Of a stretch of 64,000 bases of DNA, positions 15,404 to 26,554 are shown piece after piece; the stretch's first letter is position 1, and every line of letters begins with the position of its first letter. Where the stretch lies: the IMG/VR virus record IMGVR_UViG_3300030441_000198. One strand, written 5' to 3'. The notes beneath the pieces are model-generated. The model made no database searches and was not told the DNA's origin. It saw only the letters and a program-made list of their open reading frames with translations. The position numbers and the translations under genes were made by a program. Origin of the DNA: a virus.

Positions 15404-16564
15404 ATGGCTATTGTTTGTGATGCATCTGCTATTCGTAAGAAGCTTCGTATGCTTGTGTATGGCGAGCAGGGAACTGGTAAGTCTCGATTTGCTATGCAGT
15501 TCTGCTACATGAAGACTCCTGAAGGTCGTCCGTTCCGTGTTCTGTATCTGGATACTGAGTCTGGTTCTATCGACGATTATCGTGAGGAACTGATGGATAA
15601 TGGGCTCGACCCGATGAATCTCCGTATTGTTTACACTCAGTCTCTCGCAGAGGTACAGGATTTCATCCATACCGTTGCTGACAATGAGGACTTCGAGGAT
15701 GAGGATGGTAATGTTTGGCTGGATGCTGACGGTAAGCCTTTCCGTGCTGACGCTATTGTTGTTGATTCCGCAACCATCCTTAATCTGACTACGAAACAGG
15801 GCTTGACTAATTTCTCGCAGAAGCGTGCAAAAGTTAAGGCTGCAGCACAGGGTCTGACCGGTGATGAGAAGTCGGTGAAGATCGAGGGTGCTGGTATGGA
15901 GTTGAAGGATTATCAGCAGCTGAACTTTAAGGGTCAGTCCCTGATCCTGGATTTGAATGCAACTGGCGTGAGCTACATCGTCATTTGCCGTGAGAAGGAT
16001 GAGACTGAAACCAAGCTGGTGAATGGTTCTTCTGTGAGCGTTTCTACTGGCCGCAAGATTCCTGATGGCTTCAAGGGTCAGGAGTACAATGTCGGTACTG
16101 AGTTCCGTATGTATCATCCAAGCGATGATAAGTCTATCAACTTTGCTTACTTTGATAAGGATCGTACCGGTGTTCATAATGGCGGTGAGGTTGTAGAAGA
16201 TCTGACTCTGCTTGAGTATCAGGAATATCTCGACCGTTCCGCAAAGAATCGTGAGGTCATTATCAAGAATGGTCTGAACGATGCAGTTAAGACCGAGATG
16301 AAGCTTCGTGCTCGTGAACTTGGTCTTGATGACAATGATATCAGTGATGATGCTCCTGCAGAGAACACCTCCGAATCCAAGGAGCCTTCTCTGGATGACA
16401 TTAAGGCAAAGCTGAATGATCTGATTGCTTCCGCTTCTCCTGTGAAGAAGAGTGCAGCGCAGAAGGCAGTTAAGGCGGCTGGCCTGTCTACCGCATTTCG
16501 TTCCATGACTGACATCGAGGAACTGAAGAAGGTTGCCGCAATCATGGAGAAGGAACTGGCTTAA
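15404..16564 (+). CDS. RecA-like/AAA_24 (Sak4-type) recombination ATPase
   Basis: Walker A GEQGTGKS near the N-terminus, VLYLDTE, hydrophobic Walker B stretch AIVVDSA; follows the SSB-like gene. Confidence 0.5.
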   Translation: MAIVCDASAIRKKLRMLVYGEQGTGKSRFAMQFCYMKTPEGRPFRVLYLDTESGSIDDYREELMDNGLDPMNLRIVYTQSLAEVQDFIHTVADNEDFEDEDGNVWLDADGKPFRADAIVVDSATILNLTTKQGLTNFSQKRAKVKAAAQGLTGDEKSVKIEGAGMELKDYQQLNFKGQSLILDLNATGVSYIVICREKDETETKLVNGSSVSVSTGRKIPDGFKGQEYNVGTEFRMYHPSDDKSINFAYFDKDRTGVHNGGEVVEDLTLLEYQEYLDRSAKNREVIIKNGLNDAVKTEMKLRARELGLDDNDISDDAPAENTSESKEPSLDDIKAKLNDLIASASPVKKSAAQKAVKAAGLSTAFRSMTDIEELKKVAAIMEKELA

Positions 16565-17256
16565 TGGAACTAACCCGTAAATGCAAGATTTGCGGGAAGA
16601 ACATTTTCATCGAGCGAGACCGTAGCACGTTTTTCTACGACAAGACTGGTTTTTACCATAAGGATTGTTTTGTAGAAAAAAAGAAAAATCAAAAACGCCC
16701 TTGGACAGATGACCTGCTAAGGGCATTTTTTGACAAAGTGAAAGACACTACGGACAAAAAGGTCGATGATCTTCTTTCCAAAAAGAGAGAGCAAGACCAC
16801 AATCGTGAGCTTGCACGTATCAAACAGGAAGAGAAAAAGATTCTTTTCGACCATATTCGAGATATATACGCCCCGGCGGTTGTTCCGGGTAGCTTCTACT
16901 CGAAACTTACGCAGTTGATCTCCGGCAATTATTACAAATATAGAGGTTCTATTCCTCCGCTAGAACTTTACGATATGTGGGTTCTAGCGAAACCCCGACT
17001 AGATAAGATAATTGCCGAGAAAGAAGCAAAGGGTTGTGATATGAGTCAGAGATGGAATTACGACTTGGCTGTTTTATTATCTCAATATCCTAGTTATCTC
17101 GAACGGAAAGAAAGACTAGCTTCGATTCGCAGTGAAAGCGAAGACAAAACGAAGGAAAATCTGACTGAAACGGTACTGAAACGGATGAGAACAGCACCGA
17201 AACAGAGTAAAAACGAGAATGAAATTGATATAAATGCAATTCTCGATGAGATATAA
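16564..17256 (+). CDS. hypothetical protein with N-terminal zinc finger (possible helicase loader)
   Basis: CKICGK...YHKDCF; sits between the recombinase and DnaB-like genes. Confidence 0.35.
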   Translation: MELTRKCKICGKNIFIERDRSTFFYDKTGFYHKDCFVEKKKNQKRPWTDDLLRAFFDKVKDTTDKKVDDLLSKKREQDHNRELARIKQEEKKILFDHIRDIYAPAVVPGSFYSKLTQLISGNYYKYRGSIPPLELYDMWVLAKPRLDKIIAEKEAKGCDMSQRWNYDLAVLLSQYPSYLERKERLASIRSESEDKTKENLTETVLKRMRTAPKQSKNENEIDINAILDEI

Positions 17257-17273
17257 AAGAGGGAGGTGGATGA

Positions 17274-18797
17274 GTGGAACTCATTTCAAATATCCCGAAC
17301 GAAATTCTATTTGTTGGCGCAATTTACAAGCATCCTGACTATTTGGTCGAGTATGGGCATTATGTCAAGAGCAAGTACGATTTTGCCGATGAAGCAACAA
17401 AATTTTTCTACGATGCAGCGTTGATTATTTACGAAACTCGGACTCAAGAATTTAATAAAACGTCTGTTTTAACGTTTATGGCTGAAGACGAGTCCAGATT
17501 GTCCCAATATAAGCGGCTGAAGGGCTGGTCAACCATTGAATACTACATGAGTCTTGCGAATGACGATGATATCAAGGGATATTTCAATATCCTGAAGAAA
17601 TATTCGCTACTTCGTGAGTATCAGAGAAACGGATTTAACATTGAAGGAATCTTGAAGCATCGACAGTTTGAAATGTTTGGTGCTCAGGACATTTACAAAT
17701 TGATTCGTGGCAAGGCAGACAAGATCAATACGGTTATCATTACAAACGATGACGCTGAGATTTTGAATAATGGTCTGCTGCCAATGGTCAATGAACGTCT
17801 GAGTGTTCCTGATATGGGCTTGCCTTTCCAGTACCCCATCATGAACGATTTGTTCCGAGGATTGAAGCTGGGCACTGTGATGTTCAATGGTATGCCATCT
17901 AACGCTGGCAAGACTAGATACATGATGGCGATTGTTGCCTACGTCACATTAGTTCAAAAGCAAAAAGCTCTTTTGCTGCTGAATGAGATGGATCTTGAGT
18001 CAGTCCGGTATTGCTTACTGGTTACCGCCATCAACAATCCTGAATTTCAAGAGTTGCATGGTCATCGCTTCCACAAGGATGAGCGAGAAATCACTCTTGG
18101 AATGTACCGGGATGCAAATGGAAACTTCATCTTCCGAAAGCAAAACGAAGATGGAGAATACATAGAAAGCATTGATGAGTTTACCGCTCGTGTCTACGAA
18201 GAAAGCGAAGAGTACCGCAATGTGCTTGATGTTTGCCAGTGGATTGAGAGCGAATCACAAGGCTTGATTATCGCAAAGGATGTTTCTGCCGATTATAGTG
18301 ATAAGTCCCTGCGATTTGAAATCCAGAAGGCAGCTCTTACTCAGGGAGTTAAGTATGTGTTCTACGATACTCTAAAGAACGACATTGCATCTATTGGTGA
18401 ATGGGCAGCGTTTAAAGTCACAGCCACAGAGCTTGAAGAGATTGCGAAAAATCTGAAGATCTTTATCTATGGTAGTATCCAGTTGGCCGAAAACGCTCAT
18501 GAGTATCTTCCTGATGAGCTGAATTCAAACAACATTGCTGAGTCAAAAATGATTAAGCATGTTGCTTGGACGATGGTTCTGTTCAAGGAGATTCCAAAAG
18601 ATAAGTTCGCGAAGTATCAATACATCTCTCATGACCCTGAGTGGGGCGGTGACTGTGCCCATCGGCTAAATCCAGATAAGCGGTATTACGTTGGAAACAT
18701 CGATAAGAACCGCTTTGGTGAGAAAAAGAAAATCATGTTTGAAGTGAATTTGAATCAGAATATTTGGAGAGAGGTCGGTGTCTGCACCAGAAAGTAA
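17274..18797 (+). CDS. dnaB: replicative DNA helicase (DnaB-like)
   Basis: DnaB-like N-terminal region (EILFVGAIYKHPDYL) and Walker A GMPSNAGKT; RBS GGAGGTG before GTG 17274. Confidence 0.6.
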   Translation: MELISNIPNEILFVGAIYKHPDYLVEYGHYVKSKYDFADEATKFFYDAALIIYETRTQEFNKTSVLTFMAEDESRLSQYKRLKGWSTIEYYMSLANDDDIKGYFNILKKYSLLREYQRNGFNIEGILKHRQFEMFGAQDIYKLIRGKADKINTVIITNDDAEILNNGLLPMVNERLSVPDMGLPFQYPIMNDLFRGLKLGTVMFNGMPSNAGKTRYMMAIVAYVTLVQKQKALLLLNEMDLESVRYCLLVTAINNPEFQELHGHRFHKDEREITLGMYRDANGNFIFRKQNEDGEYIESIDEFTARVYEESEEYRNVLDVCQWIESESQGLIIAKDVSADYSDKSLRFEIQKAALTQGVKYVFYDTLKNDIASIGEWAAFKVTATELEEIAKNLKIFIYGSIQLAENAHEYLPDELNSNNIAESKMIKHVAWTMVLFKEIPKDKFAKYQYISHDPEWGGDCAHRLNPDKRYYVGNIDKNRFGEKKKIMFEVNLNQNIWREVGVCTRK

Positions 18798-18806
18798 GGA
18801 ACTACA

Positions 18807-19829
18807 ATGGTAAATATCGCAGATCTGAAAAATTACATTCTTGAAGAACAGCAGATTGAACCGATTCTGGAGGAACTTGGTTGTCATCATATCAGTCACA
18901 AGACTGGTTATTACCAGTGTGCAAATCCAGATGGTGACAATAGAACGGCACTCTGTATCTACGAGAATGGAAATCTTACTGCGGTAGATTACACACGAGA
19001 TATTGCCAATGGAAAGACCAGTTATGATTTGATTTCTGTCGTCCAGTTCTTTCTGGAACTGTCTTTCCCAAAAGCTATTAAGCAAATCTGCGAATGGGTT
19101 GGACTTGACTACTATCACAACTTCGAGGAAGACCTTCCTAAAAGTATGTTGATTCTAAAAGAACTCATTGCCATGCAAAATGAAGGTGAAGAACACGAGG
19201 ATGACCGTCCGATAGTACCCATCTCCGAAGCCATCCTCGGTTATTACAAACCTTATGTGAACCAGATTTTTGCTGACGATGGGATATCTTATGAGACGCA
19301 ACAGGAGTTTGAGATTGGCTTTGATGAACTGACAAATAGGATCACGATTCCAATCAGAGATGAAATTGGTACTCTGGTTGGTGTAAAGGGAAGATACTTT
19401 GGTAAGCCGTCTGAAGGTGAATTAAAGTATCTGTATCTTGAGCCGTGTGCCAGAAACCGTATTCTGTATGGCCTGTATAAGACAGAGCCGTACATTAAGA
19501 ATGAAGGTCTGGTATATGTTGGTGAAGCTGAAAAATCTGTCATGCAGATGTGGAATATGGATGTCTGCAACTGTGTGGCGACTGGTGGTAAGAAGGTTTC
19601 ACAAAATCAAATTGAAATTTTGACACGTCTTTGCGTTGATATTTGTTTTGTATTTGATAAAGACGTTCAGCTTAGTGAGCTTATGGTTCTCGCCAATCGA
19701 TTTGTCGATGGCGTAAGTGTGTATGCTGTAGTAGATGATAAAGGGATTCTGGATGAAAAGGAAGCCCCGACTGATAATCCTGAAAAATTTAAGGCATTGA
19801 TTGAGAACTGTGTTAGGAGAATTAAATGA
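18807..19829 (+). CDS. DNA primase (zinc-binding + TOPRIM)
   Basis: CHHISHKTGYYQCANPDGDN zinc motif; TOPRIM-like YVGEAEKSVM...VFDKD; adjacent to the helicase. Confidence 0.55.
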   Translation: MVNIADLKNYILEEQQIEPILEELGCHHISHKTGYYQCANPDGDNRTALCIYENGNLTAVDYTRDIANGKTSYDLISVVQFFLELSFPKAIKQICEWVGLDYYHNFEEDLPKSMLILKELIAMQNEGEEHEDDRPIVPISEAILGYYKPYVNQIFADDGISYETQQEFEIGFDELTNRITIPIRDEIGTLVGVKGRYFGKPSEGELKYLYLEPCARNRILYGLYKTEPYIKNEGLVYVGEAEKSVMQMWNMDVCNCVATGGKKVSQNQIEILTRLCVDICFVFDKDVQLSELMVLANRFVDGVSVYAVVDDKGILDEKEAPTDNPEKFKALIENCVRRIK

Positions 19830-21550
19830 ATGTAAAACTCTGGAAGGGGAGTAGGAACGACCTATCAGACCCGATTAGAACGATTATGGAGAATAGAGGG
19901 GTCGAGGATTATAAGGCCTACATGGATCTGGATGATTCTTGCTTAAATTCTCCGTGGGAACTGGACAACATGGAAGATGCTGTTAGGCTGTTGAATAAAC
20001 ACATCTGGAATAAGTCTATTATCTCTATCCTTGTAGACTGTGATGTGGATGGATTCACAAGTGCTTCAATGATGTTTCAGTATTTGAAGACGATTGGTTA
20101 TTTTGGAAAAATCAATGTTCTGCATCATAGTGGAAAGGAGCATGGGCTCTCTAAAGAAATTGAGGTTCCACCTGAAACTACCTTGCTGATTATTCCTGAC
20201 GCTGGCAGTAACGATGTTGAGCAATGCAAGGAACTTCGTGATAAGGGCATCGATATTCTGATTCTTGACCATCATATCTGTGATAGAGAGAATCCTTACG
20301 CAGTAATCGTCAATAATCAGAATGGTACATATCCCAACAAGGAACTTTCTGGCGCTGGCGTGGTGTATAAATTCCTTCAGGCTGTTGATGAATATAATTG
20401 GACTGATGTTGCAGACCGATATCTTGATCTGGTGGCCGTCGGAAACATCGGTGACGTTATGGATATGCACTCGCATGAGACAAAGCGCCTTTGCACGAAA
20501 GGTCTGGCACGAATTGTAAATCCGATGATTTGTGCTTTGATTGAGGCGAATAGCTTCAACATCAAGGGTGACCCGACTATCAATGATGTTCAGTTCTATA
20601 TCGTTCCGATGATGAACGCACTGATTCGTGTTGGCTCATCTGAGCAAAAGAAGCGGATGTTCCGTGCAATGGTCGGTGAGGAACAGACATTCCAGTATAC
20701 TCCGACTCGTGGCAAGAATGCCGGTGTCACGATTGATGAGACTCTGGCGCAGCATGTAGCTCGTGAGTGTTCTTCTTGTAAGTATCAGCAAAACAAGATT
20801 AAGGATAAGGCTGTTGGAGAGCTCCAGAAGTTGATTGAAAAGCACGGTGCAGACCAGAATAAGATTCTCTTCTGCAACTCCACTGGCATTCTTGATAACA
20901 CTCTAACTGGTATTGTAGCAATCAAGCTGGCTGAAATGTATGCAAAACCGTGCGTACTACTTCGTACTTTCGCTGATGAACCGGACTATTACGGTGGTTC
21001 AATGAGAAATCCTGATGGTTCTCCGATTGAAAGTTTAAAGGAGTTCTTGATGAGTACCGGAGATTTTGAGTCAGTTCTTGGTCATGATAACGCTGCTGGT
21101 GTGAAAATCAAGAAAGAAAATGTGCCAAAAGCGATTGCGGATTGTAATGAGCTGCTTAAAAATGTCACGATGAGCAAGGCAATCGTGGTTGACTTTGATT
21201 TTGATTACAATAAATTGAACGTTGCATTGCCGAAAACGATGTACGAGATGCACAAGGTCTGGGCGCAGGGTATTTCTGAGCCGTATTTCTACATTAGAAA
21301 CATTCCGCTTGTTCATAGTGGATGTGCTCCGATGAGTAAGAACGGTAATATGTGGAAATATTCTGACGAAGAAAAAGGCATTGATTTTGTGTGCTTTGCA
21401 GATAATGGCCGGATGATTGGCTGGATCAACAATGACTTTTATGGTGGTCAGGAAGAAAAATACATCAATGCCGTGTGCCGGTTGTCTTTGAATCAGTATG
21501 GAAACAAGGTGACTCCGCAGGCACAGATTGTGGATTTTGAGGTGATTTGA
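19826..21550 (+). CDS. DHH-family phosphoesterase, RecJ-like ssDNA exonuclease
   Basis: DCDVDGFTSA (DxD motif), LILDHH (DHH motif), GGSMRN region. Confidence 0.55.
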   Translation: MNVKLWKGSRNDLSDPIRTIMENRGVEDYKAYMDLDDSCLNSPWELDNMEDAVRLLNKHIWNKSIISILVDCDVDGFTSASMMFQYLKTIGYFGKINVLHHSGKEHGLSKEIEVPPETTLLIIPDAGSNDVEQCKELRDKGIDILILDHHICDRENPYAVIVNNQNGTYPNKELSGAGVVYKFLQAVDEYNWTDVADRYLDLVAVGNIGDVMDMHSHETKRLCTKGLARIVNPMICALIEANSFNIKGDPTINDVQFYIVPMMNALIRVGSSEQKKRMFRAMVGEEQTFQYTPTRGKNAGVTIDETLAQHVARECSSCKYQQNKIKDKAVGELQKLIEKHGADQNKILFCNSTGILDNTLTGIVAIKLAEMYAKPCVLLRTFADEPDYYGGSMRNPDGSPIESLKEFLMSTGDFESVLGHDNAAGVKIKKENVPKAIADCNELLKNVTMSKAIVVDFDFDYNKLNVALPKTMYEMHKVWAQGISEPYFYIRNIPLVHSGCAPMSKNGNMWKYSDEEKGIDFVCFADNGRMIGWINNDFYGGQEEKYINAVCRLSLNQYGNKVTPQAQIVDFEVI

Positions 21551-21551
21551 T

Positions 21552-21899
21552 ATGGGAAATTGGAAACGTGCTATCGCCATCGACTTTGATGGTACTCTTT
21601 GTGAGAATAATTATCCTGACATCGGTGAGCCAAACTGGAATGTCATTTATCAAGCAATTCAGGAACAGAAGCATGGTGCTGGTTTGATTCTCTGGACTTG
21701 CCGAGAAGGAAAGCTCCTGTATGACGCAATGGAAGCTTGCTTCGATTGGGGCATTCAGTTTGATGCAATCAATGAGAGTCTTCCTGAGTGGAAAGAGCAT
21801 TTTGGCACTGCTCCTAGAAAGGTTGGGGCTGATGAATATTGGGATGACAAGGCTAAGGTTGTAAAAAATGGAGAGTTGATTGACGATGCTGATGCCTGA
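21552..21899 (+). CDS. small HAD-like hydrolase (DxDGT motif)
   Basis: IAIDFDGTLC matches HAD motif I. Confidence 0.35.
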   Translation: MGNWKRAIAIDFDGTLCENNYPDIGEPNWNVIYQAIQEQKHGAGLILWTCREGKLLYDAMEACFDWGIQFDAINESLPEWKEHFGTAPRKVGADEYWDDKAKVVKNGELIDDADA

Positions 21900-22071
21900 A
21901 CAGTTTGAAGCAGACGTTAAAGAATTTATCGCAGAATGCCAAAGCCATCCAGTGATAGATTTATCAAAAGATGATCCATGTGAAGGATGTCGCTTTGAGG
22001 ACTTTTGCGATAGGTTTTATCCGGGCGATGGTAGCACATGGCATTGGCGAGTTTATGAGAGGGGTGAATGA
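21880..22071 (+). CDS. hypothetical protein
   Basis: 63-aa ORF. Confidence 0.3.
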   Translation: MTMLMPEQFEADVKEFIAECQSHPVIDLSKDDPCEGCRFEDFCDRFYPGDGSTWHWRVYERGE

Positions 22072-22833
22072 ATGGTTTACATTACAGGTGATATTCATGG
22101 TGATTACAATCGTTTTTTAGAATTGAAAAAGTTTTGCAATGAACATAATCTTGGAAAGAATGACTGGATCATTTGTCTTGGCGATGTCGGTTTGAACTAC
22201 TACGGCAAGGATGATTCTCGTGAATGGAGTATCAAGACTATCGCCGCAGATATTCCTGCGAATTTGTTTTGTATCCATGGAAATCACGAACGCCGCCCAT
22301 CTCGCAAGGATGGCTATAGGACAAAGGAAATCAGTGGAGATATTTGTGGTAAGGTGTGGCATGACCCACATTATCCCAATCAATATTTTGCTATTGATGG
22401 CGAAGTTTACCAGATTCTTGCTGATAGGGAAATTTTAAACTGTCTTGTTTGTGGCGGAGCTTATTCCGTAGATAAATGTTATCGGTTGGAGCGTGGATGG
22501 AACTGGTGGCCGGATGAACAGCCTAATGAGAAGACTAAGAAAAAGATCTGGAATATTACACATAACCCTCAAATCGATGATATTGATGTTATGCTCACGC
22601 ATACCTGTCCATTCCGGTTCATTCCAACTGAATTGTTTATCGGTGGTATTGATCAAAGCACAGTAGACCAGTCAACTGAAATATTCTTTGATGATATATA
22701 CGAATGTTATCCTAACGATTGTAAACCATTCTGGTACTTCGGCCATTTCCATGGTAACAAGTACACCGATGACTATGTGATGCTTTTCGACGATATTATT
22801 AAGTTTGGAGATAAGGTGAAGAGTGATGAGTGA
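22072..22833 (+). CDS. calcineurin-like metallophosphoesterase
   Basis: GDIHGD, GDVG, GNHE motifs. Confidence 0.55.
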   Translation: MVYITGDIHGDYNRFLELKKFCNEHNLGKNDWIICLGDVGLNYYGKDDSREWSIKTIAADIPANLFCIHGNHERRPSRKDGYRTKEISGDICGKVWHDPHYPNQYFAIDGEVYQILADREILNCLVCGGAYSVDKCYRLERGWNWWPDEQPNEKTKKKIWNITHNPQIDDIDVMLTHTCPFRFIPTELFIGGIDQSTVDQSTEIFFDDIYECYPNDCKPFWYFGHFHGNKYTDDYVMLFDDIIKFGDKVKSDE

Positions 22834-23068
22834 ATATCATGTGAGCTGTGGTATGTTTGGTATTTACGCAGGAACTGTTAAAATGAATGGAACCGAGTGG
22901 AAAGATAAAACTCGTGTCACAGATGAAGCTATCGAGGCAGTTCGTGATTGGCTTCTTTCTGAAGCTCAGTTCAACAATAGAACTTTTGGTGGATACACAT
23001 GGACAACAAAGGACGGTAAGACTGTAACTTTGAGAGTGTCCATCGAAGATAAGGAGCAGACAGAATGA
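22823..23068 (+). CDS. hypothetical protein
   Basis: 81-aa ORF. Confidence 0.3.
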   Translation: MMSEYHVSCGMFGIYAGTVKMNGTEWKDKTRVTDEAIEAVRDWLLSEAQFNNRTFGGYTWTTKDGKTVTLRVSIEDKEQTE

Positions 23069-23099
23069 ATTCAAATAGTATGAAAGGTGGTGTTGCCTG

Positions 23100-25291
23100 A
23101 TGAGTAGCAGTTTACATACGCACTCATACTTTTAGTTTACTCGATGGATTCTCTTCTCCTGAAGAAAATCTAAAAAGAGCATCAGAACTTGGTTTGAAAG
23201 CCATTGCCATTACGGAACATGGTGAGGTAACAAGCTGGCCGTACTATTCTGAACTAAAAGGCAAGTATCCGAATGTCAAACTTCTTTATGGTATCGAGGC
23301 ATACGAGTGCGAAGATAGGGAAGTCAAGGACAAGAATAGTAAATATTGGCATTTAATCATTATTGCCAAGAACGAAGCTGGTCGTCAGGCAGTCAATCGC
23401 TTATCTACACTCGGTCATCTTCATGGCTTTTACAGCCGTCCTCGTATCACAAAAGAGGATATCGCTAAGGAAGATACGAATAATTTGATTATCCTGTCTG
23501 CTTGTTTGGCGAGTAGGTTGTCCAAAACGGATGATTATGACACTTGTGTTAAGCTGGTTCAAGAGTATAAGAGCTTATTCCCTCACTATTATCTTGAGGT
23601 TCAGGCTCACGCAAACAGTGAACAAGCAAAATATAATCAGAAAATCATGCGGTTGGCAAACGATACTCATACAAAAGTAGTCGTCACAAACGATGTTCAT
23701 GCTGCTACCAAAGAGGATCTTTATTATCAAGATTACTTCCTTCGAATCGCACATGATACGGAAACTGCCGCAGAAATCTATGAGGGATGTTATTTTATGT
23801 CTCGTAAAGAGCAACATGAAGTCCTTGATAGTCAGATTGGATATGATGCAGCAGAATGGTGTATTAACAATACTGACGAGGTTGCTGATCTGTGTGATGA
23901 TGTGGATATGCCTTGGCATGAACCGGAACTTCCAAAAATTGAGATTCCGCCACAGTATTCTAATTCGGCAGCTTATCTGAAAGACCTTGTAAAAGAGGGA
24001 TGGAAGAAACGTAGCATTGATAAGTTTGATGTAGAAAAGCAGAAAATCTATCGAAAACGTGTTGATGATGAGCTGTTTGTCATTGAGAAGAAAGACTTCT
24101 GTGACTACTTTTTGATTCTGGTTGATTACATCAACTGGTGTAAGAAAAATGATGTCATTGTTGGCCCTGGTCGTGGTTCTGCTGCTGGTTCTCTTGTATG
24201 TTACCTGATTGGCATTACGCAGCTTGATTCCATCAAGTATGAACTTGACTTCGGACGATTCCTTACCATTGAGCGAAAAGACCTTCCTGACGTTGATGTT
24301 GATGTCAGTGACCGTGCCAAGGTTGTCGAGTATCTGACACAGAAGTATGGAGAAGATCGAGTAGTTCAGGTTATGAACATCGTGTACACTACTCCGGTCA
24401 CTTCGATTCAGGACGTTGGTAAAGTTCTCGGTTTTCCGTATGCCGAAATAAGAAAAATCAGCGAGAAGTTTGTTCAAAAGACATGGAAGGATTGCCTTGA
24501 AGCCAACCCGGAAGTGGTTGAAAATCCGAAGTATAAGGAACTACTTGACATCGCAAGTCATATCAATGGTCGCCCACGAGGATATGGTATTCATGCTGGC
24601 GGTGTTATTGTCTGCCGACATCCTTACTATGAATATATCGGTATCCGGCATGGTACTGACGGAGAGCATGTTATCTCTGTTGATAAAGTGATGGACGAGA
24701 AGATTGGACTCGTCAAGTTTGATATTCTTGGTGTTGCGTCGCTGGTTGCTATCGACGAGGCAAAACGTGAAGACAATATTCCAGACTGGGAGATTGATAT
24801 TAACAATCCAGAGTTTGAAAACGATAAGGCAACTTACGATTTGATTTGTTCCGGGCGGACAGACAATCTATTCCAGATTGAGTCTTCAGGCATGAAGGAT
24901 CTGGTTGCACAGCTTCAGCCGAGGTCGATTGAAGAACTATCCGCTTTGATTGCACTTTATCGTCCTGATGCAATGCCGTCCATTCCTACATACGTTGATT
25001 GCAAGTACCACCCTGAACACATTCACTACTTCCATCCTGACATGGAACCAATTTTTCGCAGCACATATGGTGTGAATATCTATCAGGAACAGAGTATGAA
25101 GCTCACGAAGGTCTTTGGCGGTCGAAACGATGCCGGAGCTGATAGAATGCGTAAATGCTTGGCAAAGAAAAAGCCTGAGAAAGTCAAGGAAGAAGTTACT
25201 ATCCTCCGAAAAGAAATACTGGATAACGGGTACGACTCTCGTACCGCAGAGTATATTTGTGACGAATTGTCCACCAAGGGTGGATATGGAT
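23100..25291 (+). CDS. dnaE: DNA polymerase III alpha subunit (DnaE/PolC-type), exon 1; apparent frameshift in T-run 23130-23133
   Basis: MSSSLHTHSYF then stop; the +1 frame continues SLLDGFSS...AIAITEHG (PHP-domain signature HxHSxxSLLDG). Ends at GGYG(F) just before the intron. Confidence 0.6.
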
Positions 25292-25518
25292 TGACGAAAG
25301 TTAAGTCCCTTATGTTGGCGACAACATAAGCAAACGCCGAATATGCGGGAAACTCCTTAGAGCCTTATGTACCAAAGTGTAATAATCATAAGGATTGGAC
25401 AATCCGCAGAGACAGCGCAGAAATGCGAAGCTCTCAACGACTACCAAGGCGTATTTCGTAAGAAATAATGGTATAGTCTACTCCCTATACAAATAATGCG
25501 AAAGCATGGGTATGAAGA
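25292..25518 (+). ncRNA. ORF-less group I self-splicing intron interrupting dnaE (about 227 nt; boundaries +/- 2 nt)
   Basis: The conserved GYGFNKSHS motif is split (GGYG | ... | NKSHS). P1 pairs exon GGAT with intron GTCC (25305-25308, u-G at the splice site); P10 pairs intron GTTAA (25300-25304) with exon-2 TTAAC (25519-25523); P7-like GACTA ... ATAGTC; several GNRA hairpins. Confidence 0.55.
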
Positions 25519-26543
25519 TTAACAAGTCACATTCTCAGGCGTATGCCGTTATCTGCCTTCAAACCGCATACTTAAAAACACACCATCCGCTTGCATTCTT
25601 TAAGGCTATGTTGAACCTAAATAAAGCAAAGGTTGGCAAGGTCAACAAGATTATGGTGGATGCACGCAGCTTTGATATTCAGATTCTTCCGCCGAGTATC
25701 AATCGTTCCGGCATGGATTTTACTGTGTCAAATGGTAAAATCCTATTTGGCTTGTCTGCTATCGGTGGTATTGGCAATACACTTGCTGAAACTATCATTG
25801 CAGAACGAGATAAAAATGGAAAATTCAAAGGGCTTGAAGATTTCACGAGTCGTGTTCGTGCAACGAAAGCGCAGATTATTGCATTGGTTAAATCCGGTGC
25901 GATTCCTACAAAGAACAAACGAATATTCTTGGAAAAGTACATTGCCAGCGGTTTGGAACAATCTGAGTTTAAGCCAGTCAGTACACTTCCTACCAAGGCA
26001 GTTTTGCTGAGTAAGTGGGATATTGATACAGAGCATTATAAGGTTTGTAAGAAGGTTGACAAAGAAACCGTCCTGCGGATCTATAATGAAAAGCGCCGTG
26101 TCGTACATGAAACCGAGAAGCTGAAAAAGAAAGAAGCGTATATGGCCGAGCAGACCACGAAATATCTACAAGATGAAGAGCTTTGGGAGTTCCAGACTTT
26201 GCAGACCTTTATCAGTGACCCGAATCCTTTCGAGAAGGCATTTGCTTATATCAAGGATTTCTCTGAAATCGAAGAAGGTGATTCTTGTGTACTGGTTGGT
26301 ATTATCGCAAAGATTCAGAAGAAGAAAACGAAGACTGGTATGCAGTTTGCATTTGTAAATCTGTATTCTGGCGATGGTATCATTGAGCTGACCGTATGGC
26401 CGAGAGTCTTGTCAGATTATCAGGATTTGATTGTAAAGGGAAGTCAGGTAGCTGTGCTTGGAAAGAAGGAAGATGAATCGCACGTTATTGCAAGCAACTT
26501 CAAACCTTATAAGCAGTGGTTGCATGATAGAGAGATAGCGTAA
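25519..26543 (+). CDS. dnaE: DNA polymerase III alpha subunit, exon 2
   Basis: Resumes (F)NKSHSQAYAVICLQTAYLKTHHP (conserved pol III alpha motif) in frame with exon 1 once the intron is removed. Confidence 0.6.
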
Positions 26544-26554
26544 GGAGGACGAGT

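Noticed and set aside
15320-16177. 285-aa minus-strand ORF
   Set aside because: Antisense to the Sak4-like ATPase gene in a strictly + strand operon.
23575-24477. 300-aa minus-strand ORF
   Set aside because: Antisense to dnaE exon 1.
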